From positions 1 through 64,000 of the forward strand of contig CAUYUJ010000109.1 of NCBI GenBank assembly GCA_963575745.1: DNA of 64,000 nucleotides, written 5' to 3'. This document shows, one piece after another, positions 39,218 to 50,768 of the stretch; positions within the stretch are counted from its first letter, which is position 1, and each line of letters opens with the position of its first letter. The notes beneath the pieces were generated by a model. The model saw only the letters and a list, made by a program, of their open reading frames with translations, was not told where the DNA came from and ran no database searches. Both the position numbers and the translations under genes were made by a program. Origin of the DNA: Prorocentrum cordatum. Its lineage: Eukaryota.

Positions 39218-40112
39218 CGAGCGGAACGCTCGCGCCCATCGTGGTTTTGCCGCGATGTGGCAGCGTTGCGAAATTAGGTTACATCGGCCATCACGCTTAC
39301 GGGCTCGCCACTTTTTGTTGTGATGCATGTTTTACTCTGCCCCATTGGCCCCGCCCTCGTGGCAGCAGCGTTGTTGCGGCTAACGCCCGAGGACATGCAG
39401 GCACGGCGGCCGCCGCGGGATGCCCCGGACACGCGCCACTGTCGAGATTTTATTTGCACGATCTCGCCTCCTTGCGAAATTAGGGCACCCACCCCCCCTC
39501 AAACACACGCACGCACACACATGCAAAACACACGCAAAACACACGCACAACAACTATCACACGGAAACGCACGCACATAATTTGAACCTTTCCCCTCGCT
39601 GCCAAGGGGGTGAGGGGGCAGGCGATTTTTTTTGTGGAGGTCGATCGGGACCTGGCCAGGCCTGGAAGTCGAACCTCCGATGCTTCGTCTACCGCGCTCG
39701 TGCGCAGTAGGCGCGTCGTGCGTTGCGCAACGTGCTGGCTGAACTGCACCCGCCCTTGTTCACGAAAGAAACGAAAAAAACCAAAGCAGGAAGAAGGCCC
39801 CCCCCAACTCTTGCAGGCTTCAAGTGCCACGAAAGGGCCTCCAGGGATCGAAGAGCTCCAGGCTATCTACGTGGCCTTCGGCCTTTCCCGCCACGGGCTA
39901 TCTACTGGCCTTCGACCTATCCCGCCACAGGATATCTAGTGGTCTGTGGTCTATCCCGCCACCGTGCTGCAAGGATCCAAGATCTTCAGGCTACAGTACT
40001 ATAGAAGGCTGCCGTGCTGAAGCTTGAGACTTCTTCAAGGCTTACAACAGGTTGTATAAGTGTTGAAAGGCTGTCAATGGATACTATAGTCTGCTGGCAA
40101 TTTTGCAGTCGC
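39218..40112 (+). repeat. ~0.9-kb non-coding module downstream of the helicase, with an internal ~33-bp repeat
   Basis: A diverged copy lies at 31697-32600. GGCC..CC(T/C)(A/T)TCCCGCCAC occurs three times at 39870-39965. Confidence 0.85.
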
Positions 40113-40849
40113 AAATGTACTAAATTTAATGTTATCATTTGTGCCAGCGCCATCATATCGCGACGACGACGACGACGACAAGGACGATGACGTCGATGTC
40201 GACGACGACGACGACGATGATGACCACGACGACGTCGACGAGGACTCATCGACGACGCGCTTCCTCTTGCTTCTTCTCGTCGTCTTCCTTTGTTGTGTTT
40301 GCTAGTCCGCCTTGTATGTTGCCGAGCCTCGTCGTCCTGCTTTTTCTTCTCCTCCTTTGTGCAGTTCTTTGAAAATGTCGACAGCCGTAGGGGCCCGAAT
40401 GACTCGCACCAGGAGCTGAGTCGTTCAGGCTCCTCGTCCTTCTCCTCCGTTTCGTTATCGGAGTTCTGGTGGTGCGCGCACGAATGCCTTCGCGTCTCGG
40501 GGTGTGGAGGCCCGAGGGAAGGCGCCGGAGGAAATCCAGAGGGTTTGCAGCAGCCGCGTGAGGCTTCAAAAGGCTCCCAGGAAGCGCCACGAGGTCACCA
40601 AGGCTCTCAGGAGAGGCCCAAGTCTACATTTCTTTCAGCGTTGTCGTCGCTGTTGCCGTTTTGGGTCACAGTGTTCAAGTGTGGCTGTGAGCTTAGCTCC
40701 GCCTACCAGCAATCGCTCTTGCCTAGTAGCAATCTCCCTGTGGCTGCGAGTTCTCTCCACCTACCATTTGTGCAGTGAGCTTAGCTCGGCACGGACGCTC
40801 TTCCTTCCAATGCCTGAGCGCAGTTGGCATGGATAACTTGGGTCAGAGA

Positions 40850-41072
40850 GACAGACGGTGACCTTTGCTCCAATAAGGTCTGCCAGTCTGGACGCATAGC
40901 CACAGCTATGAAGGACAAGGGCCTGGGCGGTGTCCAGATGTATGTCGGCGGATGTGATGTACGATATGACGATGTGATGTACGATGTCGAAGCGCCGCGG
41001 CGCATCGGAAGAGACGCGAGGGCCACCCAGTCTGAGGATGTAGGCAACCAGTTCGCGTATCTGACAGAAGCT
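40850..41072 (+). pseudogene. Two fused fragments of the C-terminal part of the 34.6-38.9 kb helicase gene
   Basis: 40850-40952 matches 38345-38448 (DGDL..NK.CQSGRIATA.KDKG). 40982-41072 matches 38733-38825. Confidence 0.85.
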
Positions 41073-44000
41073 CATCGGCTGGATGCGGTATTTAATGGAA
41101 GAAGGTCTCGTCTGGGAGCACGGCGTTCAGTTCGTTTGCTTGGCGTTTCAAAATGCCATGGCGGCGCAGATCAACGGGCACACGGTGCGCCACTGGAGCG
41201 GCATTCCAGCGCGGAACGACGACGGGAATGCCGCGGGCGACAGGCACAAGCAGTCCATGAAGTGCGGGGCCCTGCGCGTGATCATCATCGACGAGGTTCC
41301 GAGAGCACCGAACGATTCACTCCATGGAGTGCATCGTTCGTTGCCCTCCTCGTGGTGTGAGTCGTTCGGGCTCCTCGTGGTGTGAGTCGTTCGGGCCCCT
41401 CCTCCTGGTGAGAGTCGTTCGGGCTCCTCGTTGTGGGAGTCGTTCGGGCCCCCCGTCCTGGTGTGAGTCGTTCGGGCTCCTCGTGGTGTGAGTCGTTGGA
41501 GCCCCTCGTCCTGGTGTGAGTCGTTCGGGCCCCTCCTCCTGGTGTGAGTCGTTCGAGTACCTCGTCGTGTGAGTCGTTCGGGCCCCTCGTCCTGGTGTGA
41601 GTCGTTCGGGCTCCTCGTGGTGTGAGTCGTTCGGGCTCCTCGTCACGTGTAACGGCGCCCTCATGGCAAAGTCTGGTGACCCTCTAGTGAACCCCATGCG
41701 TCTCCATGCTTGCAAGGACTGTGGAGGCAATGAGCATAGCTCGGCCGACAAAGAATAAGAGACATGTTCCGTATTCATTATGTCCAGGTGAGCATGATGT
41801 CCGCGGAGCTGCTGGGCACCCTGGAACGAGTGGTAAGTGCCGCTGTCCGGGTGAGGGGAACGTACAAGAAGAGGGCGGGGGGGTCGCATCGCGCCTTCGG
41901 GGGAGTGAACGTCGTCATGTGCGCTGATTTTTGGCAGCTGCACCCCGTGACGGGCACCTTCCTGGCATCCAACCCGCTGGGCGTGCCGGCAGGGTGCGCG
42001 CACCGCGCGTTGGAGCTGTCCTGGCGGGGCGGCGTCGACAGCGTGCGATCTTTCTGGCAGTTGACCGAATTGATGAGGTGCGACGATGAATGGTACCACT
42101 CGTTTCTGGGCCAGTGCAGAGTTGGAAACCTCAGCATGGGGGACTACAGCTACTTCCACGGGCTCCCGACGTTGACGTCCCCGTGCGCGGGTAAGTGCGG
42201 TTGCAACGACAACGTGGTTGACGACCCAGTACTTGGCCCGTATCGCAAGTCTTGGAAAAAGCGCTTCTCGGGAGGGTGCGCCGACATGGCGGCGCTGCAG
42301 AAGTCGCCAGAGGGCGAGTGCGCGGAGTGCCGTGCGGAGCGAGGCAAGAGACACAGGGTTCTGACCGACACCGACTCGCTGGCGCCAGAGCTTCGCAATA
42401 ACCCATTCAGCGGCGCGCCAGCTCTGTGCACTTTCAACGTGCCCAGGTACTTCGCGACGAACCTGCGCGCGAGGGAGTTTGCCAAGCAGAAGAACGTTCA
42501 GCTCTCGTGGTGCTACGCTCGAGATGTGCCGTTGCATCCAGGAGATCGCGACCTGCCGCGGGAGAAATTGGACGCAAAGTTGTTCTCCTGGCTGAGGAGG
42601 CACGACCAGGAGACGGGCAACATTCCCAGCATCTACCCATTGGCCAAAGGCATGCCAATTCGGTTGACGGACAACGTCGATCGAAGCAGACAGCTGTGCA
42701 GACACCGGAAGGGAGTGATTTACGGATGGACAATGGCTCCTGGATGCACGCCACAGGAGATCGAGGGCGAGTTCATCCTGGATATGTTGCCCTTGGTTAT
42801 CTATATCCATTTCCCAGAAGCACAGTGGGGCATAGGGAAGCTGCCGACGGGCGTGTACCCGTTGAAGCGGAGATCCAGGACCTGGAAAGTCAACAAGCAC
42901 ACGGGCATCGAAGCCCGACGCACGGGCTTCTGGATTCTCCCCGACTTCGCCTCCACCGCTCACGTGATCCAGGGGGCGACGTTGGAGGCGGCATTCGCGG
43001 ACCTGCAGCATTGGTCCAGCAGGGCGTCCATGGCGGCTCAGATTGCTGCCTACGTATGCTTGTCGAGAGTGAAGCGATTGCTGAGCATCTGCGTCATGCA
43101 GCCGTTCTCGACCTTCCTTTTCGGCCTCGGCAACCCAGTGGGGCCCGAGCGACTGGTGCGGAAGCTTTCCGGCCAGATCACAGGAGACGAGGCGGTCCAT
43201 GAGTGGAGTGCGCTTGATGACGAGGCCGCTGAAGCTGAGAAGATGGACCCCATGGCGAGGAAGCACCTGTGCGCCTGCTGTTGCCTCAAAGGGAAGCAGG
43301 TTTACATGGTCGACGCCCGCGACTTCGGCATGAAAGCAGCCGCCGACTTCTACGAGAAGTACGTGTCGCAGGGGAGGTGGACGAGATGCATGGACTGCGC
43401 GCGCGAGGTCGGCGCAATGCCTTCTCGGTCTGCGCGGGCGGGCGAGGCTTCCCAAGGGGTGCCCGATGGAAACGCTCGAAGGACAGTCCCGCCAGACGAT
43501 TCAGTATGCAAGCGGTGTGTGGAACGTAATGACTGGAAGAAGAGCTTGACCCCGCAGAGCCACGGGTGCTCTGCTTGCAAAAAAGTTTTTAATGCAGGCG
43601 CTTGGGGCGCCCAAATTATTTATCACCATCGGCATTCCGATCGAGACCTCGTGTGCCCGGGCTGCGCAGAGCGAGGGTTCGCGCCCGGCAAGTACGACGA
43701 GCACCAGTGCGAAGATTGCTTCGAGCACTTGGGCCGCCTCGCGTTCGACAAATACGTGCTGTGCAACGCGAAGAGGCGGGGGAAGTCCCGCTTGGTGTGC
43801 CTGGACTGTCAGACGAAACTGCGGTGCGGGAAATGTAAAACGGCGTATGAGCTGAAGTACTGGTCGAAGTCTGAACGCGATCATCACGCGTCTTCTCAGG
43901 GCACAACTCTGGTCTGCAAAGCATGCCGTGCGCTAGGGTTCCACCCGTGTGACCTGGAGACGTACACGTGCCAGAGGTGCACTTGCAGGTTCGGCGCCCG

Positions 44001-44301
44001 TAAGTTCAACCAAAAACTACTCGATCACCACAAGAATAGCAATCGCATGAAGCTACAGTGCAAGGAGTGCGTCGCTGGCATCGAAGAACGAGTGCGCCAC
44101 CTGCGCAAAGCACTGCAGAAGAGCAAGCGAAAGTGCAAGTGCCATTGCCGCATTCATCAGGCCAGATGCCCGCTGACCCCCGTCTTTTTCGGAGAGAAAC
44201 GCTGGCCGGGCAGCGACGGAGCGATATCCGCCGACGACCGGAAGTTCTTGGACGAGTTACAACCGATTCCGGAATGGTGGAGCAAAGCCTGGGGACGATG
44301 A
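41068..44301 (+). pseudogene. PIF1-family helicase (Helitron RepHel-like C-terminal half) with multi-CxxC tail; 5'-truncated; exons 41068-41295 and 41788-44301
   Basis: Motifs: CLAFQNAMAAQINGHT..HWSGI, LRVIIIDE|VSMMS, FGGVNVVMCADFWQLHPV, LTELMRC, LAKGMPIRLTDN, FASTAHVIQGATL, AYVCLSRV. Walker A and any Rep domain are missing upstream. The C-terminal ~350 aa carry about a dozen CxxC pairs. Confidence 0.88.
41296..41787 (+). other. 492-bp GT-AG intron containing a GTGTGAGTCGTTCGGGC array
   Basis: Junctions read GACGAG|GTTCC...TGTCCAG|GTGAGCATGATG. Removing the intron restores the PIF1 Walker B IIIDEVSMMS in frame. Confidence 0.85.
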
Positions 44302-44314
44302 GCTGCCGCGCGGT

Positions 44315-45342
44315 GCCCGTCGAGCCAGACTCTTTACTGGCGACACCATCTCTGGGTATGGTGAGGCTGGACACGGGATGTTGCCTCAATGGGTTCGGTG
44401 GTTCCTGTATACATGGCTAGGGCTTCGGTATCTATCCAATTGTGGATGTGCCTCTACTCATCTTCAGTGGCGCTTCAGGTGGGCTCTACTATAGGAAGCA
44501 TCTTGCTGGTGGGACTTGTAGTCCACTCTGGCTGGAGAACGTACTTTGGTCTTCTGGTGCTGGTTACTGTACTCTGTGATGGTGCTGGTTACCCTGCTCA
44601 GGTGATGGTGCTGGTTACTGTACTCAGTGATGGTTCATTGGTGGGATTACCTTTGGATACACCGCTCAATCTGTAATGAATGGTATCGCTACTTGGGAGC
44701 TCAGGCAGTTGTATCCATGGGTGTGGGCGCTACTTGGGTTCAGTGGATTCATTCGGTGCCCTCCTCCTGTTGAGAGTCGTTCGAGTCCCCCCTCCTGGTA
44801 TGAAGCGTTCGGGCCCCTCCTCGTTGTCGGAGTCGTTATTGTCTCTTATTCTTGGTGCTTGCTGGGTTCTTTGGGGTGTCAGGCAGTGGGCTCAGATGGT
44901 GTATGGTCTCTCTCTCCTCCAGTACTGGTGAGGTCAATACTTATCACTATGGATTTTACGCTGCTATACGAGAATACCTCTGGGTACAGTGAGGCTGGAC
45001 ACTGGAAGTTGCCTCAATGGGGTCGGTGGTTCCTGTGTACATGGCTTGGGCTTCGGTATGTATCCAATGGTGGATGTGCCTCTACTCAGCTTCCGTGGCG
45101 CTTCAGGTGGGCTCTAGTATAGGAAACATCCCGCTGGTGGGACTTGTATTGCAAACTGGCTGGAGCCCGTACTTTGGTGGTTCTCTGGTGCTGGTTACTG
45201 TACTCTGTGATGGTGCTGGTTACCCTGGCAGGTGATGGTGCTGGTGACTCTACTCAGTGATGGTTCATTGGTGGGATTACCTTGTGATACAGCGCTCAAT
45301 CAGTAATAGGTGGTATCGCTGCCCGTCGACCCAGACTCTTTC
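44315..45342 (+). repeat. ~630-bp tandem repeat (about 1.6 copies); left ~1-kb direct repeat
   Basis: GTTGCCTCAATGGG.TCGGTGGTTCCTGT occurs at ~44380 and ~45008. The whole block matches 47160-48225. Confidence 0.9.
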
Positions 45343-45955
45343 CACACGTTTGAGGGACCACCGATCGCCGAGATCACTCGCTGCGCCGCTGCCTGAGCGC
45401 CTGAGCGCCGCTGCCTGCTCGTCGACCTAGTCGACCAGGCTCGAAGGCCTGTGCGAAAACATGTGTGTATTCTTCACAGTCCTCCTCTTCCGCCTCTGCC
45501 TCGTTTGATTCGTTTGATTCGTGTCCCTGGGATCTCGCTTTTCTGGGGCCCCGGTTCCTTTGCCGGTTCCTGTTAACTTGCCTTCGGTGGTTCCTCCGAT
45601 CTCGCCTTTGCTGGTGCCTGCCTTTTTTCTGGTTCCTATCGGGTTTACTAGTCGTGCGGGTTCCTGGGATTTCACTATTGCTGGTTCCTGGGAGTTGTGA
45701 CAAGGGACGGAGGTTCACAAGGGAGTGTGAGAGAGGCTAGGGTCCAGAAGAACTTTGCCATACATGGGGTCGAAAGCATTGCGATTCCCTGACGATTTTC
45801 CGTAGCCATTGTGGCCCCACACAAGTAGGCACAAGATATTGTCGGCCATTCCCCAGGAATCTCCCTGTGGCTGTGAGTTGTCTCCGCCTACCATTTATGC
45901 AGTGAGCTTAGCTCGGCACGGACGCTATTCTTTCCAACGCCGTAGTGCGTTCGGC

Positions 45956-46903
45956 ATGGAAAAGCGTCCCCACGCTCTGGTAACCTTGCTAGGGACGGGG
46001 GCTCCTGCTCACGGTGCTCACTCGACCTCGCGCGCGATGGCTACTCGTAGTGGCGAGGAACTTCGGAGTGACTTGGATCGTGCACTCCGTCGTGCACGCC
46101 GTGACCCCCCTCTTCGCAGCCGCTCCGAGGATCGTCCGCGCCCCCAGGAGGTGAAGCCCGACATCGACGACGTGCTTGCTCATGAACTAGACCTATGGAA
46201 GGCGGATCCTAATCCTTGGAACTTCTGGGAGTGGCGCTCTAGGACTGGGCGTTCGCCAGCAGCTTGCGCATCCCGTACCTCTGCGCCTGCTGGTGCCAGG
46301 GGCCCCCCTCCTCGGAGGCGCCGAACCACCAGCATGCCGCGGAGACGCGTCCAGAGCAGGGCGCGCAGTCGTAGCCGCAGCAAGAGCATCCCAAGGGTAC
46401 GTGGATATCCGCCGGCGAGTCGCCCCCGTTCCAGCACGCACACGATGTGCCCAGACAAGCCCGATGAGCGCCTCAGCAACACCAAGAGCGCGACGAGACG
46501 TGAGCAGGAAGCTCGGACGGTCCACCGTCGCCAGGCTCTTGACGAAATCTCCGAGGCCACCGCCGACCGGGCTGATGACGTGGTTGGCGCGCAGGCCCAC
46601 AGGGGTAGCCGTTCGCCACCCGCGCCTGGTCCTGCACCTACTATGCAGGAGATGCACGCCAAGAGAACGGCGAGCCACGCGTTTCTGGACACGCGTATGA
46701 ATTTGTTGGAGGAACACTTCAGAGAAGCCCGTGCGTTGAGTTCCGAACTCCGCGATGCCCACGCGGCAGCAGCGGTGGAGGAAGCTCGCGTGGGCAGCTC
46801 TTCGTACTCCCCTGTCCCCGTCCGTCGTCAGAAGCCGCAGCTGAAGTCAGCGGCCACCAATGACAGCACTGAGAGGAAAAAGAAGTCTAAGGGCAAGCGT
46901 TAA
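45956..46903 (+). CDS. Hypothetical Arg/Ser-rich basic protein (315 aa; alternative ATG at 46037)
   Basis: Uninterrupted, non-repetitive ORF downstream of an SL-like sequence. It has an RSRSRSKS tract, a helical-looking segment (MNLLEEHFREARALSSELRDAH) and a basic end, RKKKSKGKR. Confidence 0.5.
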   Translation: MEKRPHALVTLLGTGAPAHGAHSTSRAMATRSGEELRSDLDRALRRARRDPPLRSRSEDRPRPQEVKPDIDDVLAHELDLWKADPNPWNFWEWRSRTGRSPAACASRTSAPAGARGPPPRRRRTTSMPRRRVQSRARSRSRSKSIPRVRGYPPASRPRSSTHTMCPDKPDERLSNTKSATRREQEARTVHRRQALDEISEATADRADDVVGAQAHRGSRSPPAPGPAPTMQEMHAKRTASHAFLDTRMNLLEEHFREARALSSELRDAHAAAAVEEARVGSSSYSPVPVRRQKPQLKSAATNDSTERKKKSKGKR

Positions 46904-46999
46904 CTCCTCCGTCTGCTGATGACGCGGACTTCCGTGTGCCGCCTATTGTGGGTTCTACGGAATCAACATTACTTTTCTGGAGTGCCGCCCTCGGTGGTC

Positions 47000-48350
47000 G
47001 CCGTTATTGTCTCTTATTCTTGGTGCTTGCTGGGTGCCGTGGGGTGTCAGGCATTGGGCTCAGATGGTGTATGGTCTTTCCTGCAGTACTGGCGAGTGCA
47101 ATACTTACCAGTATGGCTTTTGCGCTGCTATACCGTTGGTCTCTGGGGTGCGGGATGCTTTACTGGCGAGACTATCTCTGGGTACAGTGAGGCTGGACAC
47201 GGGATGTTGCCTCAATGGGTTCGGTGGTTCCTGTATACATGGCTTGGGCTTCGGTATCTATCCAATGGTGGATGTGCCTCTACTCAGCTTCAGTGGCGCT
47301 TCAGGTGGGGTCTACTATAGGAAACATCTCGCTGGTGGGACTTGTATTCCACTCTGGCTTGAGCCCGCACTTGGGTTCTCTTGTGCTGGTTACTGTACTC
47401 TGTGATGGTGCTGGTTACCCTGCTCAGGCGATGGTGCTGGTTACTGTACTCAGTGATGGTTCATTGGTGGGAGTGCCTTTGGATACACCGCTCAATGTGT
47501 AATGAGTTGTATCGCTACTTGGGGGCTCAGGCAGTTTTATCCTTGGGTGTGGGCGCTACGTGGGTGCAGTGGATTCGTTCGGTGCCCTCCTCCTGGTGAG
47601 AGTCGTTCGAGTCCCCCCTCCTGGTATGAAGCGTTCAGGCCCCTCCTCGTTCTCGGAGTTGTTCGGCGAGAGGCCCGAACGACTCGCACAAGGAGGGGCC
47701 CGAACGACTCGAACCAGGGCGAGGGGGCCGGCCCGAGGTGGTCGCCGTTATTGTCTCATATTCTTGGTGCTTGCTAGGTTCCTTGGGGTGTCCGGCAGTG
47801 GGCTCAGATGGTGTATGGTCTCTCCTCCAGTACTGGTGAGGTCAATACTTATCACTATGGTTTGAACGCTGCTATGCGAAAATACCTCTGGGTACACTGA
47901 GGCTAAACACTGGATGTTGCCTCAATGGGGTCGGTGGTTCCTGTGTGCATGGCTTGGGCTTCGGTATGTATCCAATGGTGGATGTGCCTGTGCTCAGCTT
48001 CCGTGGCGCTTCAGGTGGGCTCTAGTATAGGAAACATCCCGCTGGTGGGACTTGTATTGCAAACTGGCTGGAGCCCGTGCTTTGATTCTCTGGTGCTGGT
48101 TACTGTACTCTGTGATGGTGCTGGTTACCCTGGCAGTTGATGGTGCTGGTTGCTCTACTCAGTGATGGTTCATTGGTGGGATTACCTTGTGATACACCGC
48201 TCAATCAGTAATGGGTGGTATCGCTGCTTGGCTACACTGGGAGATCAGGCAGTTTTATCCGTGGGTGTGGCCGCTGCCAGGGTTCAGTGGATTCGTTCGG
48301 TGCGCTCTGCGTGGTGTGAGTCGTTCGGGTCCCCCCTCCTGGTATGAGTC
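47000..48350 (+). repeat. ~630-710-bp tandem repeat (about 2 copies); right direct repeat
   Basis: Same family as 44315-45342, with cores at ~47206 and ~47916. Confidence 0.9.
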
Positions 48351-48869
48351 GTTCGGGCCCCTCCTCGATGTGTGAGTCGTTCGGCGAGGGGCCCGAACGA
48401 CTCACACAAGGAGGGGCCCGAACGACTCACGCCAGGGCGAGGGGCCCGAACGGCGCACAGCACCTGTATTCTTGACCAGGACGTGCACACTCTGAGTACC
48501 GTGATTCTACCCTTGCCTAACGGAAATCCTCAGATCTGTTCGAGGGGGCCGATCTTGGAGGCGAGTTTCCCCTTGTGCTCCTCGTCCACCTCTCCCTCCT
48601 AACCTGCCGCCTGCTGCCCGCGCCCGACTTGATTGGCGAACCTGCCTCTCAGGTGCAGCTGAAGGCTGCGAGGCTGAGCAGGGTACTGACTTGTGCCCCG
48701 TGCGCTCCGAGCCAAGGAAAAAGAGAAAAAGGGTGACGGTGTGCCGCCAGCGCCTAGTTGCAGCCAGTTCCGTGGGACGCTCACTGCACAACTGGTCGGG
48801 AAAGATCGCTGGATCGCCGACGCCGTCGTCCATTGAATCGTCGTCGTCGAAGTCGTCGTCGTCATCGTA

Positions 48870-48920
<51 letters not shown>

Positions 48921-49084
48921 ATCGTCTGATACGTCGCCGTCGTGTGAGTCGTCAGGCTCGTTCACGTGTATGACTGGACGACGACCGCCTTCTGTCTTGC
49001 CTCCCATCGCCTTCTCCCCTCCTCCTCCTCCGAGTCGCCTTCCCTCGGCTCCCCCCAGAAAGAGGATGTAGGAGTATATATAAG

Positions 49085-49187
49085 GAGGCAGGAGGAAGAA
49101 GAAACAGGGGATACATGCGAGGGCACGCGGAGACACGCCTGAAACACACGTCGGTCGGCGTGCTTCGAAGGAGTAGTAGTAGTAGTC

Positions 49188-49239
<52 letters not shown>

Positions 49240-49322
49240 TAGTTGTATTGTAGTAGTAGTAATAGTAGTAGTAGTAGAAGTTCTAGTAATAGTGGAAGTA
49301 TGTGTAGTAGTAGTAGAAGTAC

Positions 49323-49358
<36 letters not shown>

Positions 49359-49436
49359 GTGTAGTTGTAGCAGGTCTAGTTATAGTATGAGTTGTTCTAG
49401 TTGTAGTGGTCGTAGCTCTAGTTCTAGTAGTAGTAC

Positions 49437-49489
<53 letters not shown>

Positions 49490-49490
49490 C

Positions 49491-49531
<41 letters not shown>

Positions 49532-49730
49532 CCAGAAGCAATATGAGGAAGAGCACTAGCAGTAGCAGTGCCAGTAGCAGTAGCAGTAGCAGTAGCGGTA
49601 GCCGCCCTCGTAGAATTTGTAGTGGTAGTACTAGTAGTAGCAGTAGTAGCAGTAGCAGCAGTAGTTATAGTAGTAGGAGTACCAGTAGGAGTAGTGGTAG
49701 TAGTTGTAATCGTAGTAGTAGTAGCAGTAG

Positions 49731-49792
<62 letters not shown>

Positions 49793-50233
49793 TCACCACT
49801 ATCAGCGGTAGTAGCAAACGTAGTATTCAACGTCGTCGTCGCAGTAGTTGTCCCAGTAGCAGTGGCAGTCACTAGAGCAGTGGTCTATATGGAAGTAGTA
49901 GTAGTAGTACTAGTACTGGTATTAGTAGAGGCCGTAGCACCATGAGTAGAAGTAGTAGTAGTAGATTTAGAAGTAGTAGTAGTAGTAGTAATACTAGTAG
50001 TAGTAGTAGCAGTAGTAGTGAGGGTAGCCCTAGTAGTGGTAGTGGTAGTAGTCGTGGTAGTAGCAGTAAGAGAAGTACTAGTAATAGTAGAAGTAGTAGG
50101 CTTAGTTAGTACTAATAGCAGCAGTAGTAGTAGGCCCAGTAGTACTAGTAGCAGTGGTACTAGTAGCAGTGGTAGTGGTAGTACTAGTAGTAGTAGCAGT
50201 AGTCGTAGTAGTAGTAGTAGTAGTAGTAGTAGC

Positions 50234-50277
<44 letters not shown>

Positions 50278-50332
50278 CAGTAGTAGTAGTAAGTGTAGTA
50301 GTAGTAGTAGTAGTTCCAGATGATGTGGTAGC

Positions 50333-50375
<43 letters not shown>

Positions 50376-50569
50376 ATAGTAGTAGTAGTCGTAGTCGTAG
50401 TCGTAGAAGTAGTACTAGATGTCTTTTGGGGGCCTCTTGGATGCCTTTTGGGGCGTCTTCGGGGCCTCTTGGCGGCCCCAAAGGAGGCGGGGGGAAGAAG
50501 GGGCAGGGGATATATGCGAGGGCGCGCGGAGACACGCCTGAAACACACGACGGTCGGCATGCCTCGCAG

Positions 50570-50610
<41 letters not shown>

Positions 50611-50737
50611 AACGTAGTGGTCGTAGTAGTCGTAGTAGCAGTAGTAGTAGTAGTAGTAGTAGTAGTAACAGTAGTCGTAGTAGTAGAAGTTCTAGTAATA
50701 GTAGTAGTAGTATTTGTAGCAGTAGTAGAAGTATTGA

Positions 50738-50768
<31 letters not shown>

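Noticed and set aside
41317..43455. 712-aa minus-strand ORF
   Set aside because: It is the antisense shadow of the PIF1 exon plus the intron repeats.
44315..48350. LTR retrotransposon (direct repeats flanking an ORF)
   Set aside because: The flanks are internally tandem ~630-bp repeats. I see no TG..CA ends, primer-binding site, polypurine tract or gag/pol motifs.
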